Virus record (IMG/VR): IMGVR_UViG_2822194890_000001
Location: 4,179 to 68,178 of that record
Origin: a virus
Lineage: Duplodnaviria > Caudoviricetes
DNA: 64,000 bases
Strand: one strand, 5' to 3'
The first letter of the stretch is position 1. Every line of letters starts with the position of its first letter. Positions 40,489-51,328 of the stretch are shown here, piece after piece. Below the pieces are notes generated by a model. It did not search any database, was not told the origin of the DNA, and worked only from the letters and a program-made list of their open reading frames with translations. The translations under genes were made by a program, and so were the position numbers.

Positions 40489-40517
40489 TTGTTAGCTATA
40501 GCCATCAATCATCCTTG

Positions 40518-40877
40518 CTATTTATCGTCTTCTATATCTAATCCAGAAATTAATGCTTTTATCTTTTTAATAGCAAATTCTTTTGTTTCATCATCGAATG
40601 TCTCCACTCTGTCTATATAATGCTTTAACTCTAACATAACATCCGATACGGAAGGTTCTTCGTTATTTTTATTATCTGATAAACCCATAATGTAGTCAGT
40701 AGATATGTTTGCTAAATTAGAAATTTTAGAAACAGTTTCTCTAGATGGAGTCTTTTTACCTGATTCGATATAAGATACCATCGGTTTACTGATATCTACG
40801 CTATCTGCAAATTGTTGTTGCGTATACCCAAGCGACATTCTTATCTCTTTTATTCTTTTCCCAATTATATTTTCCAT
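40518..40877 (-). CDS. CI-like XRE repressor
   Basis: IKEIRMSLGYTQQQFADSVDISKPMVSYIESGKKTPS HTH; divergent from the cro-like gene. Confidence 0.88.
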   Translation of the reverse strand: MENIIGKRIKEIRMSLGYTQQQFADSVDISKPMVSYIESGKKTPSRETVSKISNLANISTDYIMGLSDNKNNEEPSVSDVMLELKHYIDRVETFDDETKEFAIKKIKALISGLDIEDDK

Positions 40878-40933
40878 AACGATCCCCTTTGTATTACCTT
40901 AGTATTACCTGATACATAAAATATAACAGAAAA

Positions 40934-41297
40934 GTTGACTCTAAGACAACTTGGTTTTTATAAAATGAATTTTTTGAATGAAAATAGTTGACTTGTTGTT
41001 AACAAATTGATATTATGAAGACATCGAAAGAAACAAGGGTGATGTTAATGACAAAACTTAATGCGGAACGCGCAAAAGAATTGAGGATATCACTAGGTTA
41101 TACGCAACAATTTGTGGCGGATTACCTATGTTGTTCTAAAAGTGGTATTTGTTATATGGAAAAAGGTAAAAGGCAACCGAGTCTAGAGAAATTAGGTAAA
41201 TTATCAATATTATATAGTGTGACAACTGATGAATTGTTAGAGTGAAGTTAACTATAGGTTGTCGTTTTTTTTAAATGTAAGTTAACCTAATGTTAAC
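40934..41297. promoter_or_regulatory. Four candidate repressor operators GTTRAC-N5-GTYAAC
   Basis: At 40934-40950, 40987-41003, 41247-41263 and 41281-41297. Confidence 0.65.
41015..41245 (+). CDS. Cro-like XRE regulator
   Basis: ELRISLGYTQQFVADYLCCSKSGICYMEKGKRQPS HTH. Confidence 0.85.
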   Translation: MKTSKETRVMLMTKLNAERAKELRISLGYTQQFVADYLCCSKSGICYMEKGKRQPSLEKLGKLSILYSVTTDELLE

Positions 41298-41405
41298 AAA
41301 TAGGGAGAAATGAATACTCTTTGGACGCAAAAAGGAAGATTTTTTATTCATGAAATCCTAACGAAATGCGGAATTATTCCAGAAATGGATAGGGAGGCGG
41401 TGTAA

Positions 41406-41528
41406 ATGATGGAGGAAAGTACATTATCACTGGTGATTGTATCAGCAGCTATATGTCTATCAGCATACCTAGTACACAGAATTGATGTCTGGGATAAAAA
41501 GACAGGTTGGTCACAAGATGACAAATAA
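41406..41528 (+). CDS. Small membrane protein (40 aa; not in ORF track)
   Basis: MMEESTLSLVIVSAAICLSAYLVHRIDVWDKKTGWSQDDK with GGGAGG RBS. Confidence 0.55.
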   Translation: MMEESTLSLVIVSAAICLSAYLVHRIDVWDKKTGWSQDDK

Positions 41529-41661
41529 GCAGCAGCGTGATGAATATGAACAAAAGAAACTCTTGTGGATCATAAAGGATTTAAGAGCTAGAGGTGTACA
41601 TAACAGCACAGATAAGGTTGAGGAAACATACAAGAAGTATATCACTCTAGCTGAACGATAA
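41518..41661 (+). CDS. Small hypothetical early protein (47 aa; not in ORF track)
   Basis: MTNKQQRDEYEQKKLLWIIKDLRARGVH...; overlaps the previous ORF. Confidence 0.45.
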   Translation: MTNKQQRDEYEQKKLLWIIKDLRARGVHNSTDKVEETYKKYITLAER

Positions 41662-42180
41662 AAGCCCTACAGGGGATGTAGGGCAAGACTAAGGGTATTA
41701 AAGAATTGTCGATTCTAAAAATAAAGGACTTCTTGGAACGTTATAAGTTTAACACGAAATTCAATAAAACATTATATAGAGATGTTACGAAAATGTGGAT
41801 GTAAAAAACAAAGATAAAAATTATGAAAAAAGTTGATAATCCATAGAACCTATAAGGGATTATGTTTGTAATGGCGTCTTTATAAAGTTAGTAGGACAAG
41901 CTTTTGCTTGTCGTAATATTCAGGAATCTAATAGAATGCTCCACCTAATAGGCAGGTTCCTGGGGATTGTGATGCGTGAAAGCATCAAAAAACCCGTACA
42001 GAAGCATGGGCCGGTTGTTACACATATCGGTAACTAAATTTTAACAACTTTTCAGAAAGTTAGCTATTGAAAAATAAAAAGCGCTCGATGGCAACGAGCG
42101 CTGTAGAGAAAACATTCCCTAAAATTAGCTACCTATATTATACCATAAGTTTTCTCTCAGTAAATAAGGAGGAACGAAAA

Positions 42181-42381
42181 ATGATTGAAAACCGAATGTT
42201 AATCGGAAATCACCATGATTCATCAGCAAGAGACTTCATTGAAGAGTGTGCTGGTTGCAATGGAGAAATATACTTCGGTGAAAGTTGCTTAGATTTCGAT
42301 GGTACTTACCTACACGCAGAAACAGAGTGCATTACTCAATATGTAAAGTCTCATTCTACAGAGAAAGTAGCAGGTGAATAA
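42181..42381 (+). CDS. Small Cys/His protein (YqaI-like)
   Basis: ECAGCNGEIYFGE..YLH..EC; ATG 42181 after AAGGAGG. Confidence 0.55.
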   Translation: MIENRMLIGNHHDSSARDFIEECAGCNGEIYFGESCLDFDGTYLHAETECITQYVKSHSTEKVAGE

Positions 42382-42559
42382 GATGGCCCTACAAAACAAA
42401 ATTGAAGCTGAAATTCAAATTATGAAGAGTTTAGTTGAACGATATAAGCAAAGTAATGAACCTAACGCTGCATCGATGGTTGTAGCTTATGAATACGGAT
42501 TACAGGCACTTACGGAAGTATATGAAGTTATTAAACAAACAGAAGCATCACCATTTTAA
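42374..42559 (+). CDS. Hypothetical phage protein
   Basis: Coupled ORF in the early operon. Confidence 0.55.
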   Translation: MNKMALQNKIEAEIQIMKSLVERYKQSNEPNAASMVVAYEYGLQALTEVYEVIKQTEASPF

Positions 42560-42576
42560 AGGAGAGGGAGATTCAT

Positions 42577-43203
42577 ATGACAACTGAAAATTACTTTTCT
42601 AAATTAGCTCAAATAGATTGCACGGAACATGTTGAAAAGAAAGGGCGCTTTAACTACTTATCATGGGCATGGGCAGTTAAAAAACTTCGTGAGGTAGATC
42701 CAACAGCAACATGGGAAGTAAAGCGATTCGATGGATTGCCTTACCTCAAAACAGATTGTGGTTACTTTGTAGAGGTTGAAGTAACTGTACAAGGAATACC
42801 ACTAAGTCAGATTCACCCGATACTTAACAATCAGAACAAGCCGATTGCAGAACCTAACAGCTTTGACATTAATACGAGTATTCAGCGTTGCTTAGTAAAA
42901 GCAATTGCACTTCACGGATTAGGTTTGTATATCTACGCAGGTGAAGATTTACCAGAAATCCAAGAGGAAATGATTACTGCTCAACAAGTCGGTGCAATCA
43001 AATTAAACATAAAAAAATTAGCTACTCTTCGAAAAGTGGATGAAGACACGATTAAAGGACACTTAAGTATTAAAGAAGTTGGCGAATTGACATTAAAACA
43101 AGCTGAAGAAGTACTTAAAAAATCAACAAAGTGGGTTAAACAGGCTGAAAAAGAAACTTCTGAAATCGAAGAACAAGTAGAAAAAATAGAACAAACAAAC
43201 TAA
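42577..43203 (+). CDS. DUF1071 / Sak-type (Rad52-like) single-strand annealing protein
   Basis: YLSWAWA, FDINTSIQRCLVKAIALHGLGLYIYAGEDLP motifs. Confidence 0.85.
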   Translation: MTTENYFSKLAQIDCTEHVEKKGRFNYLSWAWAVKKLREVDPTATWEVKRFDGLPYLKTDCGYFVEVEVTVQGIPLSQIHPILNNQNKPIAEPNSFDINTSIQRCLVKAIALHGLGLYIYAGEDLPEIQEEMITAQQVGAIKLNIKKLATLRKVDEDTIKGHLSIKEVGELTLKQAEEVLKKSTKWVKQAEKETSEIEEQVEKIEQTN

Positions 43204-43373
43204 GGAGATGATAAGCCTATGTTAAATAAAAATCAATCTAAAGTCGTCCTTCCGAAGTGGGTGTGGAAGGGCGCACGGAATGAAAAAGAAGCAAGAGTAA
43301 AGGCGATTGAGTACATTACCCCCGATCGCTATCCAGGATACAAAGTAATTAAGGTTCAAGGCGACATAGCGTT

Positions 43374-43616
43374 ATGCGAAAGGGAGAATGCGTGATGTTT
43401 AAGATACCTGTAAGGCGTGGATCGATGAAAGAGATGTTAATAGCAGTTCGGGATTTAGAAAAACGAGGTTATGACTATGTAACGCTAATCAAACGAATAT
43501 ATAGGGCAGAAAGAACTTTTTATCATGAAGGTAAGTTCAGGGGGAGAGAAAAGGTTCGGTTTACTGGCATGGAAGACAATGTGAGTTATGAATGTTGGAT
43601 GAAAAAGGTGAACTAA
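43374..43616 (+). CDS. Hypothetical phage protein
   Basis: Coupled to the replication initiator gene. Confidence 0.5.
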   Translation: MRKGECVMFKIPVRRGSMKEMLIAVRDLEKRGYDYVTLIKRIYRAERTFYHEGKFRGREKVRFTGMEDNVSYECWMKKVN

Positions 43617-44453
43617 ATGGCAGATGTTAAATGGATCAAGTTAACTACTAATATGTTTGAAGATGAAAAGATTCGATTAATTGAAAGTATGCCAGAAGCA
43701 GATACATTGCTAATTATTTGGATTAAATTGCTTGCTCAAGCTGGGAAAACAAATGCCAATGGTTACATTTTCTTGAATGAAAATATTCCATATACCGAAG
43801 ATATGCTCGCGACAATCTTTAATAGACCAATAGCAGTTGTGCGACTTGCTCTACAAACATTTAAACAGTTTGGAATGATTGAAGTTGATAGCAATCAGTT
43901 TATTAGCGTCTCGAATTGGGGGAAACATCAGAGTTTAAATGGATTAGATAAGATTCGTGAAGATACTAAAAAACGAGTAGCAGCGTACCGTGAACGAAAA
44001 AAAAGTAGTCTTTTAAACGAAGGTAACGGATGTAACGTTACAGGTAACGAAGTTGGTAACGCAAATGAAACGGACAAAGAAGAAGAAAAAGAATTAGAAC
44101 TAGAAGAAGATAAAGATATTAATAAATCTATTGTCGAGATAGTTACCTATCTCAACGACACATGCTCTACATCCTATCGCTCATCTACTAAAAAAACTAA
44201 AGGCCTAATTAAAGCGAGATTTAATCAAGGTTTTAATGTAAATGATTTTAAGAAAGTAATAGAAATCAAGGCTTCTCACTGGTTAACAGATGAAGAGTAT
44301 AACCAGTATTTAAGACCATCAACATTATTCGGTAATAAATTTGAAGAATACTTAAACCAACAACCTAAAAAAGGAGCAAAGAACAATGCGGAGAGCGGAG
44401 GTAGCAATACCAACCGATATAGCCAAAAAGGTGAATATGACTATGGATTCTGA
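43617..44453 (+). CDS. Phage replisome organizer / replication initiator
   Basis: KWIKLTTNMFEDEKIRLIESMPEADT N-terminal domain; YLRPSTLFGNKFEEYLNQ C-terminal domain. Confidence 0.9.
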   Translation: MADVKWIKLTTNMFEDEKIRLIESMPEADTLLIIWIKLLAQAGKTNANGYIFLNENIPYTEDMLATIFNRPIAVVRLALQTFKQFGMIEVDSNQFISVSNWGKHQSLNGLDKIREDTKKRVAAYRERKKSSLLNEGNGCNVTGNEVGNANETDKEEEKELELEEDKDINKSIVEIVTYLNDTCSTSYRSSTKKTKGLIKARFNQGFNVNDFKKVIEIKASHWLTDEEYNQYLRPSTLFGNKFEEYLNQQPKKGAKNNAESGGSNTNRYSQKGEYDYGF

Positions 44454-45195
44454 TGTGTGTGATACGCACGGCATGAATAAGATGAAGTTCGGTGGACAAG
44501 TTGTTTGCCCTCGATGCTTCCTTGAAAACGAAAGTAAGAAGCTTCAGCAACAAGAACAAGCAAAATACGATGCGGATAAAGCGAATGAGAAGAAATTCAT
44601 GTTCCATCAACAAAGCATGATTGCAGATAGCAACATTAAGAAAGCTAATTTTGATAACTATCAACCTACTAGCGAGGAAGGAGCGAAGAACCTTGAACTC
44701 GCAAAGGTCATCGCAACGGATTATCTCGATGAGAAAGTGTTTAACACTATTATGGCCGGGAATTGTGGAGCAGGGAAAACGCATCTTGCTTATGCTATCG
44801 CAGATCAACTTGCAGGAGCAGGGAAGTCAGTTGTCTTCGTTACAGTTGGTGAATTGCTACGGAAGATTAAAAGTACATTTAACAAGGATTCCTCCTTAAC
44901 TGAGGATTCAATCATACGAAGCTTAGTAAAAGCGGAAGTCTTAATAGTCGATGATTTGGGAGCGGAATTAGGTGCATTAGATGCCAACACGAAAGCAACT
45001 AACTTCATTAATAGAGTGTTATTCGATGTTTTTGATGGAAGGCAAGGTAAATCTACTATCTTCACGACAAACCTTACAGGAGAGCGTCTAGAAGGTGCAT
45101 ATGATGAACGAATTGTATCACGTATCTTCAATAACTTTAGAGCGATTGTTTTCAAAGATACAAAGGATTACAGAAGAAAAGCATTGCCATTTTAA
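44386..45195 (+). CDS. DnaC/IstB-like helicase loader ATPase
   Basis: Zn motif CDTH..CPRC; Walker A GNCGAGKT; LIVDDLGAE; FTTNL. Confidence 0.9.
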   Translation: MRRAEVAIPTDIAKKVNMTMDSDVCDTHGMNKMKFGGQVVCPRCFLENESKKLQQQEQAKYDADKANEKKFMFHQQSMIADSNIKKANFDNYQPTSEEGAKNLELAKVIATDYLDEKVFNTIMAGNCGAGKTHLAYAIADQLAGAGKSVVFVTVGELLRKIKSTFNKDSSLTEDSIIRSLVKAEVLIVDDLGAELGALDANTKATNFINRVLFDVFDGRQGKSTIFTTNLTGERLEGAYDERIVSRIFNNFRAIVFKDTKDYRRKALPF

Positions 45196-45233
45196 TTGTC
45201 AAATTTGAATTTTGTTAAGAAAGGAAGGCTCAC

Positions 45234-46073
45234 ATGATTAAGCCAAAGTACGAAGATGGCAAAGAACACATACATGTATTGAGTTTTGGCGGCGGTACAC
45301 AGTCAACGGCTTTGGCTTTGTATTCACTGGAACATGGAATAAATGGAGTTAAACCGGATTACATCATATTTAGCGATACTGGTTGGGAACCGCAAAGTAT
45401 TTATGATTGGATCGATAAGGTGAATGCGTACATTAAAGAACGGTACGGAAAAGAAATCATCATTGTTAAAAGTAAAAACATTCGTGATGCCATTTTAAGA
45501 GGTTCCGATACAGGCGCAAGGTTTGCAAGCATGCCATTTTTTACGAAAGCGGCCGACGGTCAAAAAGGAATGGTAATGCGTCAGTGTACACAAGAATACA
45601 AAATACAACCGGTTAATCAAACAATAAGAGAAGTATTGGGATACAGACCACGCCAGAAAGTAAAAGAGATGGTGCATGTGTGGAAAGGAATTAGTATTGA
45701 TGAGATCCAAAGAGTGAAACCAATACAGTTAGGATGGCAAGAAGCAGAGCATCCACTAGTTGATGATTTATGGTGGGACAGGCTGAAATGCATTCACTAT
45801 GTAGAATCGACTGGATTAGGAACACCAGCAAAGAGCAGTTGCATCGGTTGTCCATTCCATGACAATAACATGTGGCGTGATTTGAAGATTAATGATCCAG
45901 AAGCATTTGCAGATGCGGTGTACATCGATAAGAAGATTAGGAATCTAGGAAGAATGGATGGGGAGTGTTACTTACATAGAAGTTGTCTTCCTTTAGATGA
46001 AATAGATTTTGCTGTAAATCAGATGGATATATTCGAAATGTTAGGTGAGTGCGAGGGAATGTGTGGAGTTTAA
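45234..46073 (+). CDS. PAPS-reductase-like (PP-loop, Fe-S) protein
   Basis: SFGGGTQS, FSDTGWE, SSCIGCPFH and terminal CEGMC motifs. Confidence 0.75.
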   Translation: MIKPKYEDGKEHIHVLSFGGGTQSTALALYSLEHGINGVKPDYIIFSDTGWEPQSIYDWIDKVNAYIKERYGKEIIIVKSKNIRDAILRGSDTGARFASMPFFTKAADGQKGMVMRQCTQEYKIQPVNQTIREVLGYRPRQKVKEMVHVWKGISIDEIQRVKPIQLGWQEAEHPLVDDLWWDRLKCIHYVESTGLGTPAKSSCIGCPFHDNNMWRDLKINDPEAFADAVYIDKKIRNLGRMDGECYLHRSCLPLDEIDFAVNQMDIFEMLGECEGMCGV

Positions 46074-46155
46074 AACCAAACAAAAGCGTTATTTGAAAAT
46101 AAAAGGGGGAATTAAGATGTGTGCATGTGAAGGAACGGGAGTAATTCAGAACGAT

Positions 46156-46440
46156 ATGGGGAATGGCTGCTATCAATTTGCGCCGTGTATTTGCGAAGCA
46201 GGGAATCGCAGTCCTGAAGAAGTGGATAGAAGACGTCATGCCGTTATGGCGGAACTAAGAGAAATTCATCAATTACAACTGGAGGGGAAATGGGATGCCA
46301 CGACTTGGAACGGATTTGGAAAAGGAGAATTACACAATGGCGTTGCAGCAGGGAAGGTACATGAAGAAATCGCTGCATTAATCATGGATCAGGCAGATAA
46401 GAACAAAATTAAATCTCGTCCAATGGGGTTAGGTGCATGA
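46156..46440 (+). CDS. Hypothetical protein (possibly a deletion-derived fusion)
   Basis: MCACEGTG..PCIC start after GGGGGA RBS. Confidence 0.5.
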   Translation: MGNGCYQFAPCICEAGNRSPEEVDRRRHAVMAELREIHQLQLEGKWDATTWNGFGKGELHNGVAAGKVHEEIAALIMDQADKNKIKSRPMGLGA

Positions 46441-46700
46441 AACAACTAACACTGGAGGATGTAGTAGGAAGTTTTGATTATAGCGCAACAAGTACAGCGG
46501 AAAGATTTTTGAAGAGTAATAGCGTTATGACGTACTCAGTAGAATTTTACGATAAAGACGAGAAGTGGAAGCTTCGTTGGTTTGAGGCGAAGTCCGAGGG
46601 CGCAGCTATAGAAATGGCTAAAAAGAAATACGGAAAGATACAAATCATTACTACTTATATTTCGGATAGAACCTTAGAGGAAATCATGAATTTGGATTAG
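46437..46700 (+). CDS. Hypothetical phage protein
   Basis: MKQLTLEDV start; coupled ORF. Confidence 0.55.
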   Translation: MKQLTLEDVVGSFDYSATSTAERFLKSNSVMTYSVEFYDKDEKWKLRWFEAKSEGAAIEMAKKKYGKIQIITTYISDRTLEEIMNLD

Positions 46701-46713
46701 GAGGCATAGCGGT

Positions 46714-47127
46714 ATGACGATAAATAGATGGCTAGAAAAGAAAGATTATGAAGCAGCTGAGAAGAACGGAATTGGCTATTACATGTTATATCGTAGGGTG
46801 TATCAAATGGGGTGGGATATTGATAAGGCAATTAATACACCACCTCGGAAATATCAATTTAGAGAACAAAAGTGGTTGAGATTAGCATTAGAAAATGGGA
46901 TTAACAAAATGACATTTTTAACTCGTGTTTATAAAGGGATGTCACCAGAGGAAGCAGCGAAAAAACCTGTAAAGAAATTGAGGGCAACAATGGAAGATAT
47001 GGTCAATTTAGCTGAAGAGAATGGTATTTCATATAGCACATTTAGTACAAGAGTATTAAAAAGAGGATGGAGTCCACAAAGGGCAGCAACTACACCTACA
47101 AGGAGACTTAAGGAGAAAAGAAGCTAG
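46714..47127 (+). CDS. Hypothetical protein with three internal HTH-like repeats
   Basis: AE.NGI....F..RV..GW...A.T.P repeated three times. Confidence 0.6.
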   Translation: MTINRWLEKKDYEAAEKNGIGYYMLYRRVYQMGWDIDKAINTPPRKYQFREQKWLRLALENGINKMTFLTRVYKGMSPEEAAKKPVKKLRATMEDMVNLAEENGISYSTFSTRVLKRGWSPQRAATTPTRRLKEKRS

Positions 47128-47135
47128 GAGGAAAC

Positions 47136-47270
47136 ATGGACAGGAAACAAATTTACATCGATGTATTACTACAAAAAGGAGTTTATAAAGAAGAAAAGAC
47201 AGGGCGACAACTTTATGAGATGACTGAACAAGAGTTGTGGAATCTAATAAAAGGAGTGTATTCGGAATGA
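47136..47270 (+). CDS. Fur-regulated basic protein FbpA-like (44 aa; not in ORF track)
   Basis: IDVLLQKGVYK...GRQLYEMTEQEL with GGAGG RBS. Confidence 0.65.
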   Translation: MDRKQIYIDVLLQKGVYKEEKTGRQLYEMTEQELWNLIKGVYSE

Positions 47271-47515
47271 TGAAAATGGAGAACGGTGTATATGAAATCA
47301 CGAAGCTAATTAGCGAAGCAAAGAGAAAAAAGTAATGAAAAAAGAAACTGCGGTGCAGGTGCAAAGTGAACTCAAATTAGTAGAGAGCGAAATACGTAAG
47401 ATGGAATATCACCTAGTGGGATTGGATAACGAGAAGCGGAAGACGAAGCTTTCCTTGGAAGTGTTGAAGAAACAGAAAGAGAAATTGAAAAGTTACTTAT
47501 AAGGAGCGGGAAAGA

Positions 47516-47962
47516 ATGAAATTAAGAGTGAAGATTAAGCGAGTAAAAGACGTGAAATTACCTAAATACGCTAAAACGGGCGATAGTGGTTTTGATCTAG
47601 TTGCAGCGGAGGACACAGTTATTTGGCCTGGCGAAACAAAAGTTGTTCAAACTGGATTGGCTTTTGAAATTCCACCAGGATATGAATTGCAGGTGCGCCC
47701 GCGTAGCGGTATGACGCGTAATACAAAGTTAAGAGTTGCTCTTGGGACGGTGGATAGTGGCTACCGTGGAGAAGTTGGAGTGTTGGTTGATAACACTGAA
47801 ATACCTATAAGTCTAAATATGAAAGCTCATGTTGTTGAGCGAGGCACACGCATTGCTCAAGGCGTCATAGCGCCAGTGGAAACAGCTCATTTTGTTGAGG
47901 TGGATGAGCTTTCGGATAGTGAACGTGGTATTGGCGGATTCTGATCTACAGGGGCTAAATAA
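47516..47962 (+). pseudogene. dut: Trimeric dUTPase with a premature stop in motif V
   Basis: GDSGFDL, RPRSG, GTVDSGYRGE motifs; ends ERGIGGF-TGA(47942)-STGAK-TAA. Confidence 0.8.
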
Positions 47963-48247
47963 AAAAGGCTAGGATTTCTCCTAGCACTCAATACATGGGA
48001 TGTTGATGAGTTTGCAAGATTTTATTTGCACCTTGATTATATGTTGTTTGTTAGAAGAAAAGTGTGAATGACAGCAATCTTAACAAGAATTTTACGTTAT
48101 ATTTATATATTTTAAATTTTTGATTAATAATCAAATTTGAATTTTGTAGAAAAAGAGCAGCTAGCAAAAGCTAACTGCTCGGTAGATTAAACATAGATAA
48201 TCTAGTATTTACATTTTCATAGTGAGATTAGTGATTGCTATTTTTAA

Positions 48248-49033
<786 letters not shown>

Positions 49034-49146
49034 TCACCTCTAAAAGTTCGTATTACTAATAGTAAATGCAATGATAGAGCCAAGTGAAATGGACAAGCGG
49101 TTGTATTTTAAAAATTAAACAAAATAGTTATTTGAGAGAAAAAGAA

Positions 49147-49419
49147 TTATTTCAAATGTTGTAGTTGCGATTCAGCCATTCCTGCACCAATAATAGCACC
49201 AATAATTAATGCGCAAGCAATTAAAATACCTAAAATTATCAAAATAGCAAAAGTGATTTTTTTCGCTGTATCTCCTTTCGGAGCAAGAATAGCTAAAACA
49301 ATTGAGATAGATAGTATAAAAATACCAGTTAAAGAACCAAAGTGTATATATCTAGAAAATGAACCGAAAAATAAGAATGCAGTTAAAAACATTGAAATGA
49401 AACCAAAGTATTTTCTCAT
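49147..49419 (-). CDS. Small three-TM membrane protein
   Basis: Hydrophobic helices; followed by a terminator-like region. Confidence 0.6.
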   Translation of the reverse strand: MRKYFGFISMFLTAFLFFGSFSRYIHFGSLTGIFILSISIVLAILAPKGDTAKKITFAILIILGILIACALIIGAIIGAGMAESQLQHLK

Positions 49420-49527
49420 TGTTTTAGCCTTTCTTGAAAAATGAATTATACAGATTATACCATTATCAAAGTGGATTGAAGTTGAATTTAAACAAAATCG
49501 TTATTTGAATAGAAAAGGAGATAGGGT

Positions 49528-49668
49528 TTACAACCCCATCTCTTTCAACAGAGATAAGTGCAGTTTTGCTTCTTCACAATTTGGATTAATGCAGTAATGA
49601 ATAAACGAATGTTCATCGTGTTGTATGAGAGGTTGATCACAAGATACACATGTGTACGGTGAGAGCAT
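49528..49668 (-). CDS. Small Cys/His zinc-ribbon-like protein (46 aa; not in ORF track)
   Basis: MLSPYTCVSCDQPL...YCINPNCEE with AAGGAGG RBS. Confidence 0.55.
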   Translation of the reverse strand: MLSPYTCVSCDQPLIQHDEHSFIHYCINPNCEEAKLHLSLLKEMGL

Positions 49669-50558
49669 TTTATATACCTCCTTACAGATTATGGATTAAT
49701 TTTAACACGGTTTTAGTTGGTTGAGGAGTAAGGAAAAAGCGTTAATTTAAATAAAAAAAGAGCCCTGCGAGTAGGGATGCAGGGCTCCATAAGGTCGAGT
49801 TATGTCGTACTCACAAGGGATTTTAACATGAATTTGGTGGTAAACATACTGGTAAATGCATCCAATTTACTTAGAGCTGATATTTTAAACGAAAACGCTT
49901 AAAAGGACCCGATTAGGGGGACGGGTCCTTTTAATGAAACACTAAACCTTCATGACATTACCAACACATTACCATAAAAGGAAGATTACTTCCATCGGTT
50001 AGGTGTTGAGAAAGCTTTTTATAAACATTCCATTTTGTAGTAAAGGAGAAATTGAAAAAGAGCAACCGTTTAGGCTGCTCTACAGATAGGAGGTAACTCA
50101 GTGAACAAAATGAACACGTTAAAAATGTATGTAATGAGTAGAAAAATCAGAACGAAAAAAGCAGTTAGCAAAAACTAACTGCTCCAATCATGGAATATGG
50201 TTAAGAAATGGGTTGTTTACATTATTGACGGAATATTGAGTTTTATTCAGTGGGTATTTTATTTTACAAACTAGATTATGATAGTCGATATTCTCCATAT
50301 TGACCAAAAAAGAACTAAAAATTCTAGTGAAATTCCAAGCTTTCTTTTCCTAGTTTTTTGAAATTCTTTTGTTAAATAGCCAACAGCACTAATTGCTAGA
50401 AGGATGAAAAGAATGAGTTCTAGTGAATCTGGCATTTTACTTACTCCTAATTTATTTATTAATTTAATTTAGTATATAACAATTATAAGATATTTCGGCT
50501 GTTAGTTGTGAAAAAATAAATAAAATAATTATTTGAAATAGAGAGCGAGGAATTAAAA

Positions 50559-51188
50559 ATGACTTTAGGAAATCGTGGAATGGCATTTGAAATGCTTATC
50601 AATCTATCAAATGAAATGTATCAAAGAGGTGGAGTGGCGCTTATAAACAAGCGTCCGACTCCTGTGAAGGTGTTAAAAAGTAAAGGTGGCCGTGTACTAA
50701 ATGGATTCTATGAAGCTAAAAGTACAGTAGACTATGATGGCGTGTATAAGGGACGAGCTATAGCGTTTGAAGCTAAATCTACAGAGAAGGACACACGTTT
50801 TGATTTAAAGAACATTGCGCAGCATCAATTGGATTATCTGGAGAAAGCAGAAAAGATGGGAGCAATATGCTTCTTCCTTATAGAGTTTAGTAAGGATAAG
50901 TCAGTATTCGCAGTACCACTATCAATCATTCAATCTTATGTAAGGATGTCTCATCAACCGAAGGGCAAGAAGTCTATACCAAGAGTAGACTTTGATATTT
51001 ATGGATACTTAGTGGAGCAAACAGAACGAGCGCCAGTGGATTACTTACAATACATTGATGAAGCAGTAACTCCAGTTATGTTTGATAGCATGATTCAATT
51101 TGATCAGGACCATAAGAGAGTAGCGAATAACATCGAAGCAGCAAAAGATAAGATGGCCAACAAGAAACGTAAATTATTAAAAGCTTGA
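50559..51188 (+). CDS. recU: RecU-like Holliday junction resolvase
   Basis: NRGMAFE, STVDYDGVYKGRAIAFEAKST, IAQHQLDYL motifs. Confidence 0.9.
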   Translation: MTLGNRGMAFEMLINLSNEMYQRGGVALINKRPTPVKVLKSKGGRVLNGFYEAKSTVDYDGVYKGRAIAFEAKSTEKDTRFDLKNIAQHQLDYLEKAEKMGAICFFLIEFSKDKSVFAVPLSIIQSYVRMSHQPKGKKSIPRVDFDIYGYLVEQTERAPVDYLQYIDEAVTPVMFDSMIQFDQDHKRVANNIEAAKDKMANKKRKLLKA

Positions 51189-51328
51189 TGGATAACGGAA
51201 CCATGCACAATAGCACGGTGGGGGATATGCTAATGCGCACTGTTCCCTTATTCAACAATGAAATAGTAAAATTTCACGTACCTGATGTAAATGTAAAAAA
51301 CAAAATTCAGCAATAGGGGGATTCCTTC

